Origin: Deltaproteobacteria bacterium CG11_big_fil_rev_8_21_14_0_20_42_23
GTDB lineage: Bacteria; UBA10199; 2-02-FULL-44-16
Assembly (NCBI GenBank): GCA_002796345.1
Contig: PCXC01000028.1
Location: forward strand, 60,009-115,831
Direction: 5' to 3'
DNA length: 55,823 nucleotides
The notes below the pieces were generated by a model. The model did no database searches. It saw only the letters and a list, made by a program, of their open reading frames with translations, and had not been told where the DNA came from. The number at the start of each line of letters is the position of its first letter. The stretch's first letter is position 1. Of the stretch, positions 27,301 to 35,267 are shown in pieces. A program made the position numbers and the translations under genes.

Positions 27301-29345
27301 AGCAAAACACCTTGCCTCAAAATATCCAAGTCTCTGGAAATCTCAATCAAAACGAACTCAACGCTGCTTCGGAAGATATTCCCCTCAACAATATTACTGG
27401 AACAACGATACAAGATTCAACTTTACCAGTTCAACAAAACACAGGTGCAAATCAGCAAAATATTCAATTAAATTCCGATTCAATTTCTTCCGGTGGAAGT
27501 CAGCAAGTTATGGATGTTGCGCCAAATCCAGCACCCGCATTGAATATTCAGAAACAAAGTCCACTTTCTTCAGCAGAATCAATTCCATTAGATCAAATGA
27601 ATATAAGAGTTGCTGTTCCAGAAGTGAAATGTTCAGATCTGTCATCGCAACAAATGTGTGAATTTCAAAGAGCTTTAAATGAACTTACACTTCAAAGATT
27701 AGAGGCTTTGCAAGAACTTGGTGCTGATGCGATGGCCGAAGGGCTTCGCATTCTTTCTACTCCGAAGCCTGCGGGAGCAGAAGAAAATAATGTAATTCAA
27801 ATTTTCATACCTGCTTTCTTTCCACTGATTCTGCGTAATCCCATTAATGAGTTACCGCACTTTGAAGGTGGCATTGGAAACGGTGGAAATGCAGAACTTG
27901 CTCCTCATCCTGTACAGAGGTTATCGCGTGCGCAAATCCCTCCAGGACCACGTCATATGACGGTAGTTTTGAATCAAGCACTTGCTTCCTCTGATATTCC
28001 CCTTCCGCCGGGAGGAAGACCAGAAGATGTGCCGGTTGATGTGCAAGATCCGTTGTGCGGTAACTCTCGTATTGATGAAGATGAAACCTGCGACATCGGA
28101 AGCAACACCTGTGATGCCTTCGAAATTTGCGACATCAACGACTGCCAATGTAAAAACAGCTGCGGTCTTTTGCAAGTGCATGAGTGTGGTTTTAACAAAC
28201 CTGCTTGCGGCGATGGTATGATCTGTAGCTTAGCGGATAGCTGTAAGTGTGTGCCTGCTGGCGGAGGTGTGGTTCCGGAAGATCCGGTTGTGAATGTTAC
28301 ACCACCACCTATTGGAAAATGCTATGTAGATGTTCGCGGTTTCTCAAGCGAAGATGCCAGCAAACGCTTTGCGCTTGTGAATGAAAAATACCGGGAAGTT
28401 TCCGGATGGCCAGATGACAAATTTGCTGAGCACGAATATTCCGTTGCGCAAATTACCTGCTGCGTTGCAGGTGGTGCGGCGCCAAATCTAAGTACAGCGC
28501 AGTTTTCCCTTGCCTATCCCGATAGAGCTGTCCTTCCAAATGTAAGTGGAAATTTGCTGAAGTATTCTGTAGTTCAGTTGAATGGAACAAAGTTAAGAAA
28601 ATTTACTGAACGTCCAAATGGTTTTGATTTAGTGCAAGAACCCGTAACGCTCTTGCCTATTTCAGAAGAGGGAAATTTAGATGTAAACCTTTTGCCAAGC
28701 ATTGCGGTAAATGGAGTAGAGTTTGCAACTCAAGGCGTTCCGCTTAGTTCCGTTGTTCCTGATCTTACGGTGAGAGAAGAGAATAATATAACTGTTATTA
28801 ACGATGTCTTCCAACACCAAGTGTTTGGAGTGGCTCCGGGCGGAAGAGTTTTGGGAACGCAGTTCGATTTCTCTGCAGTTCCGCAAGTTGATGCAAACCA
28901 AAATGTAAATCAACTTGGCTATGCGTGCCACCAAATGATAAAACGTATCGAACCGTATCCAAAACGTTGGAGAACAGATGGCGCCATTCCTGAATCAAGC
29001 AATATTGAAAATCAGGAACGTAATCTTGATAAGGTGATGGAAGAAATTAGCAAGCGAAGAACTGCACGAGAGCAAGCAGGCGAAAACCTTACAGCAGAAG
29101 ACTTAGCGGGCTTGCCATGGGTTGATAAGTTTGTGTTAAAACTTGATACCGATAGCACTACCAATTCTGCCAAGGCGGTGGTGCTTCCGGGCTTGCCTAG
29201 TAATGTAGGCCAAGGTGGTAGCGGATGTGCCAGATCATGCGCACTTTCCGACAGCAAGCCAGACTGGTCAGCCATTGCCTTTGCAACGATACTTTTCTGG
29301 AGCATGCTCGGGGCCCTTAGGGTGGGACGAAAAAGATATAAATAG
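24393..29345 (+). CDS. very large secreted/cell-surface protein (1650 aa) with Cys-rich modules and a C-terminal sorting signal
   Basis: ATG at 24393 with a GGAG SD. Signal peptide ...LAAPLLHA-QED, then a Pro-rich segment. FG-GAP-like DIDGDFCLD near 26110. Cys-rich blocks near 26740..27060 and 28047..28266. Gln/Asn/Ser-rich linker at 27201..27600. The C-terminus is GGSGCARSC + TM + RVGRKRYK. Confidence 0.85.
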   Translation: MRKKTYFHFLPLFLAVFAYIFLAAPLLHAQEDQRPPQENPPLPGNGIGQDPAAAGRMYTDPIPVLAEPGQRDPHKDKLRTDATHLRFFDHPLPPAGSDFFRTHSVHIDGEELFVQDLFATPGLPGGLALDHLNMLAVVGDRVLEPLHGFCQSETKLGADVFSIYCQATQENQAKRAIQIADIYDTEDNRVFENLSGQSPLIANIIASSDYTLSPYNKSLYPRAIGLPAAEWPLLKEIQRIEPEAVNDFLPIRYGDAITYGIADIGYGRGLVTAAYDPIAVRLKAAQSIEHGNQDAEEEILDNISAGFFSPLVFYRSNVDALIGRLQLAGYKALDLVGAGFFNENGPGNVLNLLTDFSFNPISVERMIYYQADSLAQIERQPWNKNFGHFDGFAVVNQAPVFDLDEIFTDKVGNPVVNGRNHTSVFEYIGLRSQQGDFAKLTQAIFPNRLVSYVNFWGRFGEPWALSPTIQDNNPNSVFTPFASVIIPAEVYSAAPGVERVDGVDRQVLFVASSRPVLNRDQAKSFYVYKADPFLFENRLHTISDVREPNLSATNWFLPEKYDIRGIPNGFVPYSLSAADIDGDFCLDIAMTLRGEGYESLTPLEEFENLPDQHVYFRASEENNAMFSNSVLFYKSERVQGKCSLQRDPQRIFSLNVNSQIARAVLAQVDDNGPFDLLVLDLIPHIILEGNDAGKMAAYGFLFKDINQNPILNRFQDAKPIRFGFVTADAGLLPANTQDAGGRYLQEAAASEISRKLIGPSEASIDENYNLAAINGLPLMLPRFECPTLENYDVASPAEIYISSFANYVAEDARDRFRAAPFKINGIVIPRRCRTDICKFTLQNGQVVEAPFWANDLCCDPCNPAFVQCKGDIAVVNSIIGPTEAYCANRGASLDSEFLSDELYAVAKTKYRPDSIVETSHASAIADIRDLQRAQFSAPNTSSQKNLDTSNTLIQEQNNLPSSDQVQLNIKQNTLPQNIQVSGNLNQNELNAASEDIPLNNITGTTIQDSTLPVQQNTGANQQNIQLNSDSISSGGSQQVMDVAPNPAPALNIQKQSPLSSAESIPLDQMNIRVAVPEVKCSDLSSQQMCEFQRALNELTLQRLEALQELGADAMAEGLRILSTPKPAGAEENNVIQIFIPAFFPLILRNPINELPHFEGGIGNGGNAELAPHPVQRLSRAQIPPGPRHMTVVLNQALASSDIPLPPGGRPEDVPVDVQDPLCGNSRIDEDETCDIGSNTCDAFEICDINDCQCKNSCGLLQVHECGFNKPACGDGMICSLADSCKCVPAGGGVVPEDPVVNVTPPPIGKCYVDVRGFSSEDASKRFALVNEKYREVSGWPDDKFAEHEYSVAQITCCVAGGAAPNLSTAQFSLAYPDRAVLPNVSGNLLKYSVVQLNGTKLRKFTERPNGFDLVQEPVTLLPISEEGNLDVNLLPSIAVNGVEFATQGVPLSSVVPDLTVREENNITVINDVFQHQVFGVAPGGRVLGTQFDFSAVPQVDANQNVNQLGYACHQMIKRIEPYPKRWRTDGAIPESSNIENQERNLDKVMEEISKRRTAREQAGENLTAEDLAGLPWVDKFVLKLDTDSTTNSAKAVVLPGLPSNVGQGGSGCARSCALSDSKPDWSAIAFATILFWSMLGALRVGRKRYK

Positions 29346-29365
29346 TAGCGAAGAAGTACAAAACT

Positions 29366-29401
29366 AAAAAGGGCTGACTTTAAAAGGTCAGCCTTTTTTT
29401 A
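29366..29401. terminator. bidirectional hairpin terminator between convergent genes
   Basis: AAAAA-GGCTGAC (29372..29378), an 8-nt loop, GTCAGCC (29387..29393), then TTTTTTT. An A-run lies on one side and a T-run on the other. Confidence 0.6.
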
Positions 29402-29434
29402 GTTTCAGATAACTTAGTGTGATCACAAGATCTT

Positions 29435-30163
29435 TTATTTTTTTCTAATTTCACCTTCCATGGGAACAAATTCAGCGGGGGCGATGCGTTGCTTCAGCAC
29501 AAGTTTTCCATTTTGCTTTTCATAGAGAAGAAGTTCTTGAAACTTTTTATCACTGCCAAGCGGAAGAACAACTCTTCCACCTTCACGAAGCTGCTCGGGA
29601 AGTGCAGGTGGCACTTCATCTGGAGAGCAAGTGAGAATTATAGCATCGAAGGGCGCATGCTCTTGCCAGCCTATAAAACCATCACCACTTTTTACCGTTA
29701 CATTTTTGTAATGAAGTTCAGCCACTCTCTTGCGCGCACTTTCGGCAAGAGGATTTAAAATTTCTATTGTGTACACTTCGTCTGCAATTTTACTCATCAA
29801 GCTTGCCAGATATCCAGAGCCGGTACCAACTTCCAAAACCTTATCTCCAGGTTTAAGGGCGAGGGCTTTTAAGATAAGGGCATCTTCATAGGGCCTATCC
29901 AAAGTTTGATTTTCCCCAATGGGAACTTCAAGGTCTTCGTATGCATCTTTTTTATATTCGGGAAGAACAAAATGCTCGCGAGGTACTTCGTTGAAGGCTT
30001 TAACGATCGACTCATCCGTTATTCCCCGCCAGATAACATGTTTTTTTATCATTTCCTCACGTTTTGCTTGATAGTTTTCATGATGTCCATTGCTGCAGGC
30101 CACGAAAGTTGTGCAAATGAAAAAGAGAAGGAGGGAAAGATGTTGGAGTTTTGAAGTAAGCAT
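29435..30163 (-). CDS. pcm: protein-L-isoaspartate O-methyltransferase with a lipoprotein-type signal peptide
   Basis: SAM motif VLEVGTGSGY and PFDAI....S, typical of PCMT. The N-terminus LLLFFICTTFVAC looks like a lipobox. Confidence 0.88.
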   Translation of the reverse strand: MLTSKLQHLSLLLFFICTTFVACSNGHHENYQAKREEMIKKHVIWRGITDESIVKAFNEVPREHFVLPEYKKDAYEDLEVPIGENQTLDRPYEDALILKALALKPGDKVLEVGTGSGYLASLMSKIADEVYTIEILNPLAESARKRVAELHYKNVTVKSGDGFIGWQEHAPFDAIILTCSPDEVPPALPEQLREGGRVVLPLGSDKKFQELLLYEKQNGKLVLKQRIAPAEFVPMEGEIRKK

Positions 30164-30251
30164 GCGTGGACTATAGTCCTTTTAACAGCATTCTTCAAGC
30201 TGAAGAGTATTTGACGAAAAGAAAAAAGTACTATAGCAATTTCAGTACGTT

Positions 30252-31082
30252 ATGAAGAAGAAAATCCTCAAATACCTTTCTCTCACTTTTTTTTCTGTGC
30301 TCGTCATTGCTTGCGCCAAGGATGTCATCACCGGAAAAAACACCATCAATTACTACAAGCTTTCGCAAGAGCCAGCTTTAGGGAAAGAAGTGCTGACAGG
30401 GCAAGTGAAGGCATTTCAAAAAGATAACGTTGCAGTTGATAGTCCAAAAAATAAAGCAGAGCTTGAGACAATCAAACATATTGTAAGAAATATCAGCCGT
30501 GTTTCGCATATCCCATCTTTTCCCTATGAAGTTCATGTGGCGGACGCGCCTGTTGTAAATGCGTGGTGTGCTCCAGGTGGAAAAATTATGGTGTATGAAG
30601 GATTGTGGGACAAAGAGAAGGGATTGGTAGAAAAAGGAAATAAAGACGAACTTGCTGCAGTTCTGGCGCACGAAATTTCACATGCAACGGCAAGGCATGT
30701 TACGGAATCAATAAGCCGTAACATGACTATCTATGCAGCGGGAAGCCTGGCGCAAAGTGCTATTGGCGTTGGTTCTGCCGAGGGCGCTGATTTATTTGGA
30801 AGGATTTTTTCAGAAGGATTTAATGTTTTTGTTCCAAGTTATTCACGGAAAAATGAAAGTGAAGCAGATAAATTGGGACTCTTTTATATGGCGAAGGCAG
30901 GCTATGACCCTAGAGCTGCAGTAAGATTGTGGGAAAGAGCGGCAAAGAAAAACAAAGACCAAACCAGTATTTATGCTTCGCATCCTGCAAGTGGAGAAAG
31001 AGCTGCCGCCTTAAAAAGCTATCTCCCAGAAGCAATGAAATTGTATGAAAAGAAAATAAAAGAATTTGGAAAACCTGAGTAA
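30252..31082 (+). CDS. M48-family zinc metallopeptidase, lipoprotein
   Basis: Lipobox SVLVIAC. Zinc site HEISHATARH with downstream ESEADKLG. Confidence 0.85.
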   Translation: MKKKILKYLSLTFFSVLVIACAKDVITGKNTINYYKLSQEPALGKEVLTGQVKAFQKDNVAVDSPKNKAELETIKHIVRNISRVSHIPSFPYEVHVADAPVVNAWCAPGGKIMVYEGLWDKEKGLVEKGNKDELAAVLAHEISHATARHVTESISRNMTIYAAGSLAQSAIGVGSAEGADLFGRIFSEGFNVFVPSYSRKNESEADKLGLFYMAKAGYDPRAAVRLWERAAKKNKDQTSIYASHPASGERAAALKSYLPEAMKLYEKKIKEFGKPE

Positions 31083-31084
31083 AT

Positions 31085-32074
31085 TTAATCTTCATCCACA
31101 ACAGAAAATTCACCCCTATTCTTTTTAAGAAAAGAAATAAAACTTTCCATGAGCTTTGGATCCCAAAGGCCATTTTTTGTTTCATTTTCCAAAAGCTCCA
31201 AGGTTTCCTCGGTTGAAAAAGGTTTTTTGTATGGGCGTTTGGTGGTGAGAGCATCGTAGGCATCAATAATTTGAAATACTCTGGCAAGGTGGGGGATATC
31301 TTCACCTTTAAGTCCATCGGGATAACCAGATCCATTCCACTTTTCGTGGTGATGGCGTATGACGGGCAAGACATCGGCGAAAATAGCAAGCGGTTTACAA
31401 ATCTCTTCGCCAATAACGGGATGACGTTTCATAACGTTCCACTCTTCGGGAGAGAGTTTTCCCGGTTTAAGCAATATTTCATCTGGAACTCCAATTTTAC
31501 CGACATCGTGAAGAATGCTTGCTCTGGCGAGAGTGAGAATATCAGCTTGCTTAAGGCCAAGTTCTTGCGCAAATGACGTTACCATCCGAGCTAGCCGATC
31601 ACAATGGTCGCCAGTATTTCCATCTTTTGCTTCAACCGCTCTGGCAAAACTCATCACGATAGATTCAGCATGTACCAGCTCATCGTTGAGGCGCTTCACT
31701 TTGCTGAGAGCAGTGACTCGTGCAATAAGTTCAAGTCGGTCAATCGGTTTCGAGAGAAAATCGTCACAACCAGCTTCGATGCCAGTGATTTTATCTTCTT
31801 TTTCTTGTAGCGCTGTAATAAGGACGATGGGGATGAGCCTTGTTTTTTTATCGGATTTGAGAAGCCGGCATACCTCAAATCCGTTCATCTCTGGCATCAT
31901 GACATCCAATAAAATAACATCGGGTTGCAGCTCTGGAACCCGCTTCAGCGCTTCCTTTGGGCTGGTGAGGCCTTCAACTTCAAAGCCTTTTGGACTCAAG
32001 GTTTTGTTGATAACCAAAAGATTTGTGGAGTCGTCATCTACCACTAACACTTTATATTTTTTTTCATTTTCCAT
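31085..32074 (-). CDS. response regulator with an HD-GYP phosphodiesterase output domain (RpfG-like)
   Basis: Receiver domain (VLVVDDD, LLDVMMPEMNG, KP). HD-GYP domain (ILHDVGK, HHEKWNGSGYPDGL). Confidence 0.9.
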   Translation of the reverse strand: MENEKKYKVLVVDDDSTNLLVINKTLSPKGFEVEGLTSPKEALKRVPELQPDVILLDVMMPEMNGFEVCRLLKSDKKTRLIPIVLITALQEKEDKITGIEAGCDDFLSKPIDRLELIARVTALSKVKRLNDELVHAESIVMSFARAVEAKDGNTGDHCDRLARMVTSFAQELGLKQADILTLARASILHDVGKIGVPDEILLKPGKLSPEEWNVMKRHPVIGEEICKPLAIFADVLPVIRHHHEKWNGSGYPDGLKGEDIPHLARVFQIIDAYDALTTKRPYKKPFSTEETLELLENETKNGLWDPKLMESFISFLKKNRGEFSVVDED

Positions 32075-32198
32075 GTTGGATTCCGCCAGTTTTAAAGCGC
32101 TTAGCCTAATTGAAACGAAGGGTTAGGTCGAGTAATTTTCTCCAAAAACGGAGCTTGACCTTTCTCTTTGTTTCATCTAGAAGCTGCCACTCAAATGA

Positions 32199-32272
<74 letters not shown>

Positions 32273-32278
32273 CAAACG

Positions 32279-32313
32279 CCCATCATTCTTTTTTAAGGAT
32301 GATGGGTTTTTTT
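32279..32313 (+). terminator. rho-independent terminator after the tRNA
   Basis: 10-bp stem CCCATCATTC (32279..32288) / GGATGATGGG (32297..32306) with one G:U pair and an 8-nt loop, then TTTTTTT. Confidence 0.7.
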
Positions 32314-32349
32314 CTGGCAAAAATCCATTTCCATAGTATGTGAATTCGC

Positions 32350-32676
32350 ATGAAAAAAAGAAAACCAAATACAAGTGCAACAGCAACTGAAAATTCAATT
32401 GGCCCTAGCCACAATATGGCTACAGCTCAGTATGTGCGCGGCATTGAGGGTGAAATTAAACCTTGGGGAAAACGGCGTGGGAACAGCATTTCCTCAAAGG
32501 GCACACATCGTTATGCCGGAGATGGAAGTGAAAAGGGGCAAGATCAACTCGATGTGTTTGCAGCCCATGCTCTCACCGGCCTCCTGGCGCATTATGGTAC
32601 CAAAAAATCTCCTCAAGACCTCATTCAACATGCCTATGAAATTGCTGAACTGATGCTAGATTATGGAGACAGCTAA
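32350..32676 (+). CDS. hypothetical small protein (108 aa; the start may be the ATG at 32413)
   Basis: Open frame whose stop overlaps the hemH start (TAATG), which suggests coupling. No clear SD and no family recognised. Confidence 0.45.
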   Translation: MKKRKPNTSATATENSIGPSHNMATAQYVRGIEGEIKPWGKRRGNSISSKGTHRYAGDGSEKGQDQLDVFAAHALTGLLAHYGTKKSPQDLIQHAYEIAELMLDYGDS

Positions 32677-33950
32677 TGCCTGATACCTCTCCATTTCCCC
32701 CACATACTGGTATTCTTCTGCTTAACTTAGGTACGCCGGATTCACCCACACCATCTGCTGTAGGGCGTTACCTTAAAGAATTTTTAATGGACAAGTATGT
32801 TTTGGATAATGCTTTTTTTTATCGTCTTTTTCTCGTTTATTGCCTCATTGTTCCAAAGCGAAAAAAAACTTCAGCCGAAGCATATGCGAAAATTTGGAAT
32901 GAAAGAGGTTCGCCACTTCTCAGTTATTCGCAAGATTTGGCTGAAAAAGTAGCGTCACTTCTTCCAGAAATTCCAGTTTCCCTCGCAATGCGTTATGGAA
33001 GACCTTCTTTAGAAGATGGGATACAAGAACTCGTTCAAGCAGGGGTGAAGCATGTTGTTCTCTTTCCTCTCTACCCTCAGTATGCGGAATCATCTACAAG
33101 AACCTCAGTTGAAAAATGTGAATCTATCATCAAGAAGCAATTTCCACATCTCCAGCTTAGTTCGCTTCCCGCATTTTATGATTCAAAATATTATATCGAT
33201 GCAGTTACAGAAGTAAGCAAACCTTCCTTTTCCGAACAGTATGATCGTGTTCTTTTCAGTTACCATGGGCTTCCAGAACGACAACTCACAAAATTGGATG
33301 CGACGAAAAAATATTGCTTAAAAGATTCAAGTTGTTGCGAAAGTATAAATGAAAAAAATAGAAACTGCTACAGAGCGCACTGTTACTCACTTACCCGGTC
33401 GCTCGTAAAAACGCTGGGAATTCCTGAGGGGAAGTATAGTGTTGCGTTTCAATCACGTTTGGGAAAAACGCCGTGGATAAAACCGTACACAGATAAAGTG
33501 ATTCTTCAATTGGCAGCAGAAAAAAAGAAACGAGTTCTTGTGATGTGTCCATCGTTTGTTGCAGATTGTTTAGAAACGCTTGAAGAAATTGCAATGGCAG
33601 GAAAAGAAAACTTTGAAGCTCATGGTGGAGGAGAATTGGTTTTAGTTCCGTCGCTTAATGCAGAAGATGTTTGGGCAAAAGCTGTAGTTTCAATTGTTTC
33701 AGAAAAGATCAAAAAAAATACAGAATCATTTCAAGAAGGTGAGTGTGTAAAGTTTTCACTCCCTCAAGAAATAAGTGCTGAAGAAAAAAATGAGCTTGAA
33801 GGAAAAATTGGTATTATAGACGGCTATCACACCATAAATAATGTTGTTCATTACTCGGTTCTTGTGGATCATTTTCCACAGGAAAAAAAGGGAACCTATT
33901 TTTTGCTGCCAGAACATTATTTACAAAAACATACTGAAACAAAACATTAA
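32676..33950 (+). CDS. hemH: ferrochelatase with a C-terminal extension of about 75 aa
   Basis: GILLLNLGTPDSP, LFPLYPQYAESST, FSYHGLPE and CPSFVADCLETLEEI motifs. At 424 aa it is about 75-100 aa longer than typical bacterial HemH. Confidence 0.9.
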   Translation: MPDTSPFPPHTGILLLNLGTPDSPTPSAVGRYLKEFLMDKYVLDNAFFYRLFLVYCLIVPKRKKTSAEAYAKIWNERGSPLLSYSQDLAEKVASLLPEIPVSLAMRYGRPSLEDGIQELVQAGVKHVVLFPLYPQYAESSTRTSVEKCESIIKKQFPHLQLSSLPAFYDSKYYIDAVTEVSKPSFSEQYDRVLFSYHGLPERQLTKLDATKKYCLKDSSCCESINEKNRNCYRAHCYSLTRSLVKTLGIPEGKYSVAFQSRLGKTPWIKPYTDKVILQLAAEKKKRVLVMCPSFVADCLETLEEIAMAGKENFEAHGGGELVLVPSLNAEDVWAKAVVSIVSEKIKKNTESFQEGECVKFSLPQEISAEEKNELEGKIGIIDGYHTINNVVHYSVLVDHFPQEKKGTYFLLPEHYLQKHTETKH

Positions 33951-33955
33951 GGAAT

Positions 33956-34831
33956 ATGCTTATGAAAAAAAGTTTTCTCTTTATCGTCTTTCTTTTTCTT
34001 TTTTCTTCATCATCACTGTTTGCAAAAACAAAAATTGGTGTGGGAGAGGTGAGCGCGCATGGTTTGGCAGCAGAAAAAATTCCAGTTATTAAGAGTCTCA
34101 TCAGATCTGAAATCAATCGACACGAGAATGCCGAATTAGTTGAATCAAACGCCGATTGGAAAATTGAAACTGAAATTACAAAACTTGATTACTCTTATAT
34201 TCTCATCATGAATGCCGTAGAAAAACGAAAAGTTTTACGCACTCGCAAAGCAAAACTTGAATACTTCGACGAAATTGATGTCGCCATCGCAAGGCTTGTT
34301 CCTGCGCTTATCGACAATAAAAAAGTGGAAGAGACTGCACAAAGAGGAGTTGTTTTCGAGAGCGAGCAAAAAGAGCCAACACGCATCAAATCAATTGCAG
34401 GTTGGGAAGTAATGCTTGGCGCAGGTTGGGGTTTTACCTCTGCACTGAGGTCGCACAGAACCATGTTTGCACTTTCCACTGGCTATGCTTGGGATATTAG
34501 AGATTTCTTGATTGGCCTGCGATTTGATACACTGATTGGTTACAATTCAAGCGAAATGGGAACAACATCAGTTACACTTGGAAGCCAGTACATTTTCAAC
34601 AATAATGGAAGAACCTCATTTTATGCCGGTCCAGATCTTGGATTTGTCTATCTTCGCGATACAGCATCTGCTGACAAAAGTGGTTTTGGAATTGGCGGTT
34701 CGGTAGGGATGTTGCTGTTCAGACAAACCGATATCAATGTAGATGTTCGTTTTAGAACGCTCGTGGTTGCAGATAAATTTAATGGAAAAGTTCCGGTAAT
34801 TGGAACTTTTTTAGTCGGATTGCATTTTTAG
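33956..34831 (+). CDS. putative outer-membrane protein: N-terminal alpha/beta domain plus C-terminal small beta-barrel
   Basis: Signal peptide ...SSSLFA-KT. The C-terminal half has alternating hydrophobic/Gly-rich strands and ends ...FLVGLHF (terminal Phe). Confidence 0.6.
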   Translation: MLMKKSFLFIVFLFLFSSSSLFAKTKIGVGEVSAHGLAAEKIPVIKSLIRSEINRHENAELVESNADWKIETEITKLDYSYILIMNAVEKRKVLRTRKAKLEYFDEIDVAIARLVPALIDNKKVEETAQRGVVFESEQKEPTRIKSIAGWEVMLGAGWGFTSALRSHRTMFALSTGYAWDIRDFLIGLRFDTLIGYNSSEMGTTSVTLGSQYIFNNNGRTSFYAGPDLGFVYLRDTASADKSGFGIGGSVGMLLFRQTDINVDVRFRTLVVADKFNGKVPVIGTFLVGLHF

Positions 34832-35202
34832 TCTGCAGCAAGAGTAATGATGACGTTTTTGCGGCATGCAGTGCAAAGTTCCTCAATTGGAAAACGTAAA
34901 GGGCCTTTAGAAATAAGAAGTTTCTCGTTGCAATGAGGACATTTTCCTTTTCCAGAAATAATCATTCCTTGTTGGCGAGAAAAGTAAAAAAAGAGAGCTG
35001 GGCCCAAGACAAGAAAAGTAGGAACAAGCACGAAATGTAGACCAGGCAAGAAAATGCTCACGATAGCTAAAATCCAGCAACTCACCCAAGAAAGAATACT
35101 TTTTTTCATTTGCTCAGCTTTAGACCAATAGGAGAGCTCAACACTACCCGTTTGAGTTGCTTTATTTTCATAACTGAGGACAATTTTTTTGTTTGAAATC
35201 AT
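34828..35202 (-). CDS. membrane protein with a C-terminal CxxC...CxxC zinc ribbon, 124 aa
   Basis: Two hydrophobic helices (WVSCWILAIVSIFLPGL, VLVPTFLVLGPALFFYF), then CPHCNEK...CTACRK. Confidence 0.55.
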   Translation of the reverse strand: MISNKKIVLSYENKATQTGSVELSYWSKAEQMKKSILSWVSCWILAIVSIFLPGLHFVLVPTFLVLGPALFFYFSRQQGMIISGKGKCPHCNEKLLISKGPLRFPIEELCTACRKNVIITLAAD

Positions 35203-35267
35203 ACATTACTCTTACTTTCTTGGGACACATCAAGCGCGAGGTTTGGATAAAAAGCAAACAGGATAAA

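Noticed and set aside
31515-32126. 203-aa ORF antisense to the HD-GYP response regulator (also 30910..31413 and 31271..31576)
   Set aside because: Ser/Arg-rich antisense translation of a gene with unambiguous receiver and HD-GYP motifs.
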